From a virus: 64,000 nt of DNA. Below are positions 38,647 to 46,962 of this stretch, piece after piece. Position 1 is the first letter of the stretch. Each line of letters begins with the position of its first letter. The notes below the pieces were generated by a model that saw nothing but the letters and a program-made list of their open reading frames with translations, ran no database searches and was not told the DNA's origin. Where the stretch lies: IMG/VR virus record IMGVR_UViG_3300026209_000002, positions 3,708 to 67,707 of that record; one strand, written 5' to 3'. The position numbers and the translations under genes were made by a program.

Positions 38647-41079
38647 ATGGCCGAAAGAATAGTCAGTCCTGGTGTCTTTACCCAGGAAACAGACCTTTCG
38701 TTTCTCCCACAAGGAATATCAAACATTGGCGCAGGTGTCATAGGAGCTACACAAAAAGGACCAGCTTTCGTACCTACCATTGTTCAAAATTTTCAAGAAT
38801 TTGAAGAAAAATTCGGTGGGTTAACGAAGACCACTTATGTTCCTTATGCTGTACAAGAATATCTTGGTTCTGCATCTACCGTCACGATAGTTCGTGTTTT
38901 AAATACAGGTGGATATAAAGCAGATTCAGTACATGTACAAGCATCAGGTAGTTCAAGTGGATGGAAAACCGTTTTCACTTTGTCAAATACATCTTTAGCG
39001 TCTACATCAGACATATCAAAGACTGAAGTTGGATTTTCAAACGATAGCGGTTCATTCGTGATTCGTGTTAGTGGTTCTAATGGACTTTTACAATCCATTT
39101 CCGCTTCATTAGATACTGGTTCTGCATATTATGTAGATAAAGTTATCACAAAAGATCCTACAAGTGCAACAGATTATGTTTACTTGTATAAACAATTTAA
39201 AAATACAGCACACGCTCTATCCTCTGATTGGATGGAACTAACCATAACAGGTAGTGCATCATCTTCCGCAGGATTAGATTTTTCAGGTGGTTCAAATGGT
39301 GCTTACACTGCACAGTTTAATAGTGTTGGTGTAGCCTCAACTTGGGGTGGTAATGTAGATTACTCAACAGCTCGTACACCTTATATTATTGATCAAGGTG
39401 ATACAGCAACAAGTGCTCAGAAAAACTTATTCCGTTTCTACACACTAAGTCATGGAACAGATGCAAATACAGATGTAACAGTTTGTATCTTGAACATTAA
39501 AGCTGCTGGTTCAATACCAGGTAGTGATTATGGTGAATTTAGTGTACAGGTTCGGAATTATAATCCAGACAATGCCGACAACAATCAATTATTAGAACAA
39601 TTTGATAATTGTAATTTTGACCCAGCATCATCTAACTACTTCGCTAAGAGAATTGGTGATAGACATGTTGTTATTGATGCTAATGGTAAATTGACTTGGC
39701 ATGGGGATTATGCTAACAATTCATCTTATATTCGTGTAGGTGACTACTCAACAATAGAAACATTTTCTACCAATGTAGTACCTTATGGATATAATAAGAT
39801 GGTTAATCCAGTTCCAGGAACTAATATACCAACTGCTTCTATTAACACACAACAAATTAATAATCTAGGTGATTATGATTCTAATATGTTTTATGGGTTT
39901 GATACAGATAGTAAAGACGCACAAGCATACTTATCACCAGTTTGGAGTTCAGCAGGTAATGGTGACAATTCTGTATTCTCATTAGCTAATATGTATGGAC
40001 ATACAGATGTAGGTACATCTTTAAATGTTGATACTTATTCAGATGGTTCAGAATTAGTAACATTAGCTTTATCAGATATAGGACAACGTAAGTTTAGAGT
40101 AGGTTTCCAATGGGGATTTGATGGTGGAAACCCACAAACCAAAGCAAAAACTGGTAATGATATCAGTTCAACGAACACACAAGGTTTTGATTGTGGTTCA
40201 TCAAATGCGACTGGTTCAAAAGCTTATAAACGAGCAATTAATGCTTTAAGTAACCCTGATGAATGGGATATTAATTTATTAATGATTCCAGGTGTGATAC
40301 ACGCTTCTTCAGGTACTACAATGCATAATGCGGTAACGAATCACGCGATAACTAAGATGGAAGCTCGAGCTGATGCGTTTTATATAATGGATGGATTTGC
40401 TTGGTCAGATAGTATAACAAATGCTACAGATGGTATTAGTTCTTTAGATACCAACTATGCAGGTGTATATTATCCTTGGGTAAAAATTATGGATACATCT
40501 ACTAACAGACCAATGTGGGTGCCACCTTCAGTAGTGTTAGGTGGAGTATTTGCGTTCAATGATAGAGTTGGACAAGAATGGTTCGCACCAGCTGGTCTTA
40601 ATAGAGGTGGTCTAACTTCTGTTACAGAAGCTAAATCAAGATTAACACATGCAGAGAGAGATAAACTCTATGAAAATAGAGTTAATCCAATCGCAACATT
40701 CCCAGGTCAAGGTGTAACGGTATTTGGACAGAAAACACTTCAGTCTAAACCATCAGCACTTGATAGGATTAATGTTCGTAGATTATTGATTAACTTGAAG
40801 AAGTATATTGCTTCTACATCTCGTTTCTTAGTATTTGAACAAAATACTACACAAACAAGAAATAGATTTTTGAACACGGTTAATCCGTATCTTGAATCAG
40901 TACAAGCAAATAGTGGTTTGAATGCGTTTAGAGTCGTAATGGATGATACTAACAACACACCAGATGTTGTTGATAGAAATCGTCTTGTTGGACAAATATT
41001 CATTCAACCTACAAGAACAGCAGAGTTTATTGTTCTTGACTTTGTAGTGTTACCTACGGGAGCAGCGTTCCCTGAATAA
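38647..41079 (+). CDS. Tail sheath protein (T4 gp18-like)
   Basis: SPGVFTQETDLS, YYPWV, WFAPAGLNRG, GQKTLQ, DRINVRRLL, FEQN, IQPTRTAEFI; ATATTTAT at 38586-38593. Confidence 0.97.
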   Translation: MAERIVSPGVFTQETDLSFLPQGISNIGAGVIGATQKGPAFVPTIVQNFQEFEEKFGGLTKTTYVPYAVQEYLGSASTVTIVRVLNTGGYKADSVHVQASGSSSGWKTVFTLSNTSLASTSDISKTEVGFSNDSGSFVIRVSGSNGLLQSISASLDTGSAYYVDKVITKDPTSATDYVYLYKQFKNTAHALSSDWMELTITGSASSSAGLDFSGGSNGAYTAQFNSVGVASTWGGNVDYSTARTPYIIDQGDTATSAQKNLFRFYTLSHGTDANTDVTVCILNIKAAGSIPGSDYGEFSVQVRNYNPDNADNNQLLEQFDNCNFDPASSNYFAKRIGDRHVVIDANGKLTWHGDYANNSSYIRVGDYSTIETFSTNVVPYGYNKMVNPVPGTNIPTASINTQQINNLGDYDSNMFYGFDTDSKDAQAYLSPVWSSAGNGDNSVFSLANMYGHTDVGTSLNVDTYSDGSELVTLALSDIGQRKFRVGFQWGFDGGNPQTKAKTGNDISSTNTQGFDCGSSNATGSKAYKRAINALSNPDEWDINLLMIPGVIHASSGTTMHNAVTNHAITKMEARADAFYIMDGFAWSDSITNATDGISSLDTNYAGVYYPWVKIMDTSTNRPMWVPPSVVLGGVFAFNDRVGQEWFAPAGLNRGGLTSVTEAKSRLTHAERDKLYENRVNPIATFPGQGVTVFGQKTLQSKPSALDRINVRRLLINLKKYIASTSRFLVFEQNTTQTRNRFLNTVNPYLESVQANSGLNAFRVVMDDTNNTPDVVDRNRLVGQIFIQPTRTAEFIVLDFVVLPTGAAFPE

Positions 41080-41115
41080 GTTTGACTTATAACAAACAGT
41101 AACGTATAATGAAAA

Positions 41116-41140
41116 GCCCCAATTTCGGTTGGGGTTTTTT
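41116..41140 (+). terminator. Rho-independent terminator after the sheath gene
   Basis: GCCCCAA-tTTCGg-TTGGGGT followed by a T-tract. Confidence 0.85.
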
Positions 41141-41255
41141 GTTTTTATAAAAACTTCAAAAAAACTTCAAAGAAATGTGATGATTAATGTATTGTTTTTT
41201 CATACATCATTATATTTATATGTGAAGAAAAATTTATCCAACAAGGAGATAGTAA

Positions 41256-41747
41256 ATGCCCGAATTAATTGATGCAAATGAAATTATGTTCACTCCGTTT
41301 GAACCGAAGACTAAGAATCGGTTTATTATGTATATAGAGGGAATACCAGCGTATCTTGTTAAGACAGCTAATAGACCTCAAATTACATTTGAAGAAATCG
41401 TTCTTGATCACATGAATGTTAAACGATATGTTAAGGGTAAAGGTGAATGGCAACCATTGGCTACTACTCTATATGACCCAATTGTACCGTCAGCTGCACA
41501 GTCAGTTATGGAATGGGTAAGATTATCTCACGAATCAGTTACAGGTCGTGATGGATATACCGATTTTTATAAAAAAGATGTAACATTTAATTTATTAGGG
41601 CCTGTTGGTGATGTTGTAGAAGAATGGACATTAAAGGGAGCTTGGGCACAAGATGTCAACTTTAATGATGTGGATTTCTCCAATAGTACAGACCCAGTAG
41701 ATATCGAGTTAACACTTCGATACGATTACGCAATATTACAATTCTAA
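41256..41747 (+). CDS. Tail tube protein (T4 gp19-like)
   Basis: FEPK.KNRF, WTLKGAW, LRYDYA; follows the sheath; ATATTTAT at 41212-41219. Confidence 0.9.
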   Translation: MPELIDANEIMFTPFEPKTKNRFIMYIEGIPAYLVKTANRPQITFEEIVLDHMNVKRYVKGKGEWQPLATTLYDPIVPSAAQSVMEWVRLSHESVTGRDGYTDFYKKDVTFNLLGPVGDVVEEWTLKGAWAQDVNFNDVDFSNSTDPVDIELTLRYDYAILQF

Positions 41748-41762
41748 CAATAGGAGTTAAAA

Positions 41763-41915
41763 ATGAGTGAATGGATAGCAGCAAATTGGGAATATGTTTT
41801 AGTAGTTATTTACGCTTTAGAAAAAATCGTAAAAATGACGCCTACTAAATATGACGATATCTTATTTGATATGTTACTTAAACCAATCAAAGAGAAATTC
41901 TCACCCAAAAAGTAA
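41763..41915 (+). CDS. 50-aa membrane protein, holin-like (not in the ORF track)
   Basis: MSEWIAANWEYVLVVIYALEKIVKMTPTKYDDILFDMLLKPIKEKFSPKK; AGGAG SD. Confidence 0.6.
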   Translation: MSEWIAANWEYVLVVIYALEKIVKMTPTKYDDILFDMLLKPIKEKFSPKK

Positions 41916-42005
41916 ACACAACGAGGACATAAAAAAATTTGAAGATAGATTTTTTTCGGTTATATTTATAAAAAAGTTATAGTTTTTCATTAAGGAGAAT
42001 ATTAA

Positions 42006-42764
42006 ATGCCTGAGACTACAAAGTTTCCTACGGAAGTCATAGACTTACCGTCAAGAGGACGCTTTTACAACAAAGATAATCCATTGTCTAATGGACAAGT
42101 GGAATTAAAATACATGACAGCTAAAGAAGAAGATATTTTAACTTCTGAGACATTAATTAAGAAAGGTATCGTAGTAGATTACCTATTAAGAGAATTAATT
42201 GTTGATAAAAAAGTTAAATTAGATGAAATGTTACTTGGTGATAAGAATGCAATATTGATATCAGCAAGAATATTAGCTTATGGTAAACAGTATAAATTTC
42301 AAGGGACAAATTCTAACGAAGAGATGGAAGAATTTGAAGTAGATTTGTCTAAGATTGAAGAAGTGGACATAGATTATGATTCATTTACAATTGATGAAAA
42401 TGGTGAGGTGGAATATAAATTACCACAAACCGAAAGAGTTATTAAATTTAGAGTAATGACATCTGGACAAATGGACAAAGTTGATGCGGAGACAAAAGCA
42501 TTACAAAAGGTTTCAGAAATAGATAGAACATTGACTACAAGATTAAAAAGTCAAATTACAGAAGTTGATGGTAATCGTGAAAGAAAAGTTATAAATAACT
42601 TTGTTGATAACGAATTATTTTCTATTGATAGTTTATCTCTAAGAGCGTATATAATGTCAGTAACCCCAGACTTGGAAATGATCGTGAAGGTGACGGACAA
42701 ATACGGAGAGGAGATAGACGCGGCAGTACCATTAACTGCCGAGTTTTTTTGGCCTTCCTCGTGA
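42006..42764 (+). CDS. Baseplate hub / tail assembly chaperone (T4 gp26-like)
   Basis: IDLPSRG..Y, MTAKEEDIL, GD.NAILI.ARI..YG; ends FFWP; ATATTTAT at 41962-41969. Confidence 0.75.
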   Translation: MPETTKFPTEVIDLPSRGRFYNKDNPLSNGQVELKYMTAKEEDILTSETLIKKGIVVDYLLRELIVDKKVKLDEMLLGDKNAILISARILAYGKQYKFQGTNSNEEMEEFEVDLSKIEEVDIDYDSFTIDENGEVEYKLPQTERVIKFRVMTSGQMDKVDAETKALQKVSEIDRTLTTRLKSQITEVDGNRERKVINNFVDNELFSIDSLSLRAYIMSVTPDLEMIVKVTDKYGEEIDAAVPLTAEFFWPSS

Positions 42765-42954
42765 GTATCGTGCAGAGTTACACGAACAAATATTTCAATT
42801 AATATTCCACTCTAAAGGTGGATTTACCTACAAACAAGCTTATAATTTACCAGTTTATCTACGTCGTTGGTATTTAAAACGATTGATAAAAGCATATGAA
42901 GATGAGGCTAAAGAGTTTGAGAAGGCTCGTCATAATGTCTTAAAAAATAGATAA
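42751..42954 (+). CDS. 67-aa frameshift extension (gp51-like / GT-type chaperone part) with no usable start codon of its own
   Basis: The +1 frame after GAG TTT TTT T reads GLPREYRAELHEQIFQLIFHSKGGFTYKQAYNLPVYLRRWYLKRL...NR-stop. No in-frame ATG; upstream in-frame stop at 42733. Confidence 0.7.
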   Translation, partial: GLPREYRAELHEQIFQLIFHSKGGFTYKQAYNLPVYLRRWYLKRLIKAYEDEAKEFEKARHNVLKNR

Positions 42955-42983
42955 TCTGATATTTATTTAAAACTGGAATTTAT

Positions 42984-43244
42984 ATGTCTAAAATCAAAAT
43001 AAAAAACGAACATTTAATAGCTGAGTTTCTCGGAAGTATTATTGCTGCCCTAACAAGTGGTAGAGCTGATAAGGTTGCAAAAGCACTTGGTAATAGTCCA
43101 TCTGCAAAAAAAATAGCCAATGATATAAAGAGAGATAGAGAAAAGAATCAAAAGATGCTACAAAAAACGTTCAAAGATGATCCAGAGTTAGCAAAACGAG
43201 TTAAAGCACGGATGAAAAAACTTGGATTAAAGACAATCTCGTAA
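42984..43244 (+). CDS. Small basic hypothetical protein
   Basis: ATATTTAT at 42959-42966; leader ending LIAE. Confidence 0.6.
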   Translation: MSKIKIKNEHLIAEFLGSIIAALTSGRADKVAKALGNSPSAKKIANDIKRDREKNQKMLQKTFKDDPELAKRVKARMKKLGLKTIS

Positions 43245-43309
43245 AGACATTGATTTTAAAATATAATTGTTACAACTTAATTCAAATATAACAATATTGA
43301 AAGTCTTAT

Positions 43310-44767
43310 ATGGCAAAACAACTGACTCCAGAAGCGGTCGAAAAATTAGCAGGTAAGTTTGAAAAACTAGGAAACCTTAGTGAAAACGTATTGATTGCGT
43401 TTGACAAATTAGATGGTAGTATACAAAAAGGTGAAGAATCCGCCGATAAGTTTAATAAAGCTATAAATTTAGCTAAAGATGCGGCTGAACAAACCGCAAA
43501 GAACGCTAACAATATGGGTAAGAGTTCATTTAAGGGTGTTGACTGGAAACAAGTAGAAAAAGCCATGAAAGCAGCCGTAGAATCAAATGAGATGAGTAAA
43601 GATGATTATAAACTTAAAAAGAAAAACTTGGATGCTATAAAGAAAGAGGGTAAACATTATGAAGCTGCTAATGATATGGCTGGTAATATATCTTCAGGTT
43701 TTGACTCGGCGAGAGATAATGTTCAAGGAATGGTTGGTAAAATACCAGGTGTAGGGAAGAAATGGTCAGCAAGTGTTGGTAAAGCGTTTGATGCAAAGAA
43801 GAATAAAGCATTATCTTCCTTTACTAACAAGGTTCTTTCTGGTGGAAAATCTTTTGCAAAGATTTTGAAATTCTCAAAAGCGTTAGCAGGTCCATTAGCA
43901 GTAGCTGGTGGTTTTGTTGTATCTATGGCGTTAAATATTCATAAGTTCGCTACTAATACTGGTTTATCTTATGCTCAAACGGTCAAGTTAGGGTCAGCTT
44001 TAGCTGTTAATGAAAAAGCAGTAACTGCTATGACTAAAGAGTTTGGTAATATTAATGAGGTTACGACAGGATTAGCCGTACAGATGAAACGGATGAGTTT
44101 ACAGTTTTCAATATCTGAAGAAAATGCTGCAGCAATCCTTCGTGTTCAAAAAGCAGTTAGTGGAGCGACTAACGAACAATTATTAAATATGCAAATGGCG
44201 ACAGCTCAATTAGCAAGACAAAGAGGTGTAGCACCTGCTGATGTATTTGCTGATATCGCTGGAAGTACAGAAGCATTTGCAAAATTCTCAGCTGATGGTG
44301 GTAAGAATGTTATGGCAGCAGCAGTATCTGCTAAATCTTTAGGTCTTAATTTATCTACGGTACAAAAGGTAGCTGAAGGATTATTAGATATTGAAGGTTC
44401 AATTAGTAAACAGATGGAAGCTTCAGTATTGATTGGTAGAGAGTTGAATCTTGATAAAGCAAGACAATTAGCTTTAAGTGGTGATTTAGAAGGAGTATTG
44501 AGAGAGGTTAAGAACCAAGTTGGTGGAGAAGCTGAATTCAATAGAATGAATGTCATACAGAGACAGAAGTTAGCTGAAGCAGTAGGATTATCCACATCAG
44601 AATTAGCAAGATTGACAACAACTCAAGCAAACACAATGGCTGGAGCCGCTGCCGCAAGTGGAGCCGCTATTGGTGAAGGAGCTAAAGCTCAAATTGAGGC
44701 TACACACGAACTTGCAACTGTAACAGAAAAAGGTTTTAAGAATACAGTTGATGCAATTAAGGAATAA
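43310..44767 (+). CDS. Tape measure protein
   Basis: Ala-rich helical; LLDIEGSI...MEASVLIGRELNLDKARQLAL.GD; follows the chaperone. Confidence 0.75.
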   Translation: MAKQLTPEAVEKLAGKFEKLGNLSENVLIAFDKLDGSIQKGEESADKFNKAINLAKDAAEQTAKNANNMGKSSFKGVDWKQVEKAMKAAVESNEMSKDDYKLKKKNLDAIKKEGKHYEAANDMAGNISSGFDSARDNVQGMVGKIPGVGKKWSASVGKAFDAKKNKALSSFTNKVLSGGKSFAKILKFSKALAGPLAVAGGFVVSMALNIHKFATNTGLSYAQTVKLGSALAVNEKAVTAMTKEFGNINEVTTGLAVQMKRMSLQFSISEENAAAILRVQKAVSGATNEQLLNMQMATAQLARQRGVAPADVFADIAGSTEAFAKFSADGGKNVMAAAVSAKSLGLNLSTVQKVAEGLLDIEGSISKQMEASVLIGRELNLDKARQLALSGDLEGVLREVKNQVGGEAEFNRMNVIQRQKLAEAVGLSTSELARLTTTQANTMAGAAAASGAAIGEGAKAQIEATHELATVTEKGFKNTVDAIKE

Positions 44768-46650
44768 TGATGGGATTAAAAGATTTTAACATACCAAAAT
44801 TAAAAGAGTTCAGTCAAGTATTAAAGGATAAATCTACTTTAAGAAAAGAAGTTAAGTCTACTACGACTTATGATGTAAATACAGTAAGATATACTTCTAA
44901 AGACAATGGAGTAGTTGAATCAGAACTTAAAAGAAAATTTACCAAACCTGAAATGAATGAACAAAAATTTAAATTTGACAATTTTTATCAATTCAGAACA
45001 CCTTCACAAATTAGATTAGAATCTGGAGTAGAGGGAATGCATCCATTAATTTATCGTGATTTGATGGATATAGGTGAGAACATTAGATACTCAGGAACAA
45101 ATAGATTTTCTAATGTTAAGAATACAATTGAATTTGTAAGAGGTGGAGTGGAAGGACTTCAAAATAGAATAAAAACCGATATTACACGGTTAAATCTATT
45201 CCAACATTCTACTGACGCAGGAAAGTTACATTTAGGTAAACAATCAGTTTTACAATTATTAAATCCAAGAGAAGAAACAAGACTTATAAATCCATTTTTT
45301 GCTCAAATAGGAGCATCTCGAATAGTTAAATTACCTAGATTTCTTAATGTATCTACCTTAACTGATTTATTCACAGGTGTAAAACAAACTCCTGGTATGT
45401 ATGAAGTAATGGAAGGTTATGATAGGTTTAATCAAAATCCATTAACTCAAAAAGATTATAGAGGTAAAGATAATAAATTAGCTCAATGGACAAATGAATC
45501 ATTCAGAGGTAGTTCAGTAGAAGAACAGAAAAAACAAAGTAGTTGGGATAAATTAAACAATGCATTAGGTGACCCAGTAGGTCAAGTTAAAAAAGAAATT
45601 TTGAATACTGTTGGTGGAGTTTTAGGAATGAAGTTAACTCAACCCGATCCACCTACTCGGTATATAGATTCTGACAAATCACTTGGTAGTAAAGATAAAC
45701 TTACTCAATATAAATCACGATTAAGTAAGGTTGATGATAAAAAATTAAAACCTGTATCTACTGATTATCAAGACCGTATAAATTCAAAAGCTTACGAGAA
45801 AGGTGATGAAAAGTGGCAATCATCTATTAAGTCTAAAGAAGAAAAGTTACAAGGTAAACAAATTATAGATGATATGGGTCATCAAGGACAACTTGATAAA
45901 GGTAGTACTAAACTATCTGGTTATACTCAGAAGTCTATACATAGCAATAAGAAAGTAAAAGATACTTTAGGTGATAAGGTAAATTTATTTCCTTATGGTG
46001 AACCAGAAAATGGAAAAGCGGATTTACCTCAAGATTTAGTTAATCTTAGATTTAAAGATTTAGTTTCTAACAAATATATAGTTTTTAGAGCTATAATGAC
46101 AGGTATATCAGACAGTTTAGCTCCTGAGTGGAGTGGTCAACGATTTATTGGTAGAGCTGAAAATGTTTATACCTATACTGGTAATAATAGATTGGTTAAT
46201 TTTTCTTTTACCATACATCCTAAATCTGAACAAGAATTACCTATATTATTAGAAAAGTTAAATGCATTGATAGGATTGACATATCCTGAATATGAATCTC
46301 AGTCTCAAAGAATGATAGGTCCTTTTGCAGAGTTGACAATAGGTGATATGTATAAAGAGTTTCCTGGATTTTTTGAAAACTTTTCATATCAGATTGAAGA
46401 TACTGGATTATGGGAAACAGCACCTGGAATGCAATTTCCAAAATACATTACTGTAAGTTGTGGTTTCCGTTATGTTGGTAAAGTATTGAGTAATAAGTAT
46501 GGTAAACATATTGGTATTGATAATGATAGGGTATGGGAAAGTGGAACTAATCCAACTCAACCAATGGATTTTCAAGTAAATCCAAGGGCATATCATCAGC
46601 AAGAATTAGTAACTGATATAGCAGGTGAAAAAATGACGGAGATATTCTAA
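44767..46650 (+). CDS. Baseplate/tube-initiator-like protein
   Basis: C-terminal FRA..TGISD...W....IGR.E..Y.Y.G..R...FSF...P..ELTIGD; position. Confidence 0.6.
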   Translation: MMGLKDFNIPKLKEFSQVLKDKSTLRKEVKSTTTYDVNTVRYTSKDNGVVESELKRKFTKPEMNEQKFKFDNFYQFRTPSQIRLESGVEGMHPLIYRDLMDIGENIRYSGTNRFSNVKNTIEFVRGGVEGLQNRIKTDITRLNLFQHSTDAGKLHLGKQSVLQLLNPREETRLINPFFAQIGASRIVKLPRFLNVSTLTDLFTGVKQTPGMYEVMEGYDRFNQNPLTQKDYRGKDNKLAQWTNESFRGSSVEEQKKQSSWDKLNNALGDPVGQVKKEILNTVGGVLGMKLTQPDPPTRYIDSDKSLGSKDKLTQYKSRLSKVDDKKLKPVSTDYQDRINSKAYEKGDEKWQSSIKSKEEKLQGKQIIDDMGHQGQLDKGSTKLSGYTQKSIHSNKKVKDTLGDKVNLFPYGEPENGKADLPQDLVNLRFKDLVSNKYIVFRAIMTGISDSLAPEWSGQRFIGRAENVYTYTGNNRLVNFSFTIHPKSEQELPILLEKLNALIGLTYPEYESQSQRMIGPFAELTIGDMYKEFPGFFENFSYQIEDTGLWETAPGMQFPKYITVSCGFRYVGKVLSNKYGKHIGIDNDRVWESGTNPTQPMDFQVNPRAYHQQELVTDIAGEKMTEIF

Positions 46651-46961
46651 TGCCTAAAACATCAAGATATCAATTTACCGACATTAAAAAGAATTCTAAA
46701 GGAAAGAGTGTGTTTAAACCTACAATTTATCCTAAAATACCTTTAAAAGATGATGATATATTCATTTATCCTAAAGCTATGGAGAGATGTGAACATATAG
46801 CTCATAGAGTTTATAATGACCCATCTTTATGGTGGATAATAGCACAAGCGAATAACATTCATGATGGTTCTATATATCTTAATTCAGAAAAACAAGTAAG
46901 GATACCAAGTACTCCAGGTGAGATTTTAATTGAACTGAAAAAACTAAACGATTTGTTCTAA
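46650..46961 (+). CDS. LysM-like baseplate wedge protein (gp53-like)
   Basis: IAHRVYNDPSLWWIIAQANN...RIP. Confidence 0.8.
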   Translation: MPKTSRYQFTDIKKNSKGKSVFKPTIYPKIPLKDDDIFIYPKAMERCEHIAHRVYNDPSLWWIIAQANNIHDGSIYLNSEKQVRIPSTPGEILIELKKLNDLF

Positions 46962-46962
46962 A

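Noticed and set aside
41150-41172. Short direct repeat AAAACTTCAAA x2 after the sheath terminator
   Set aside because: Only two A-rich copies, with a single partial echo near 20940; too weak to call an operator.
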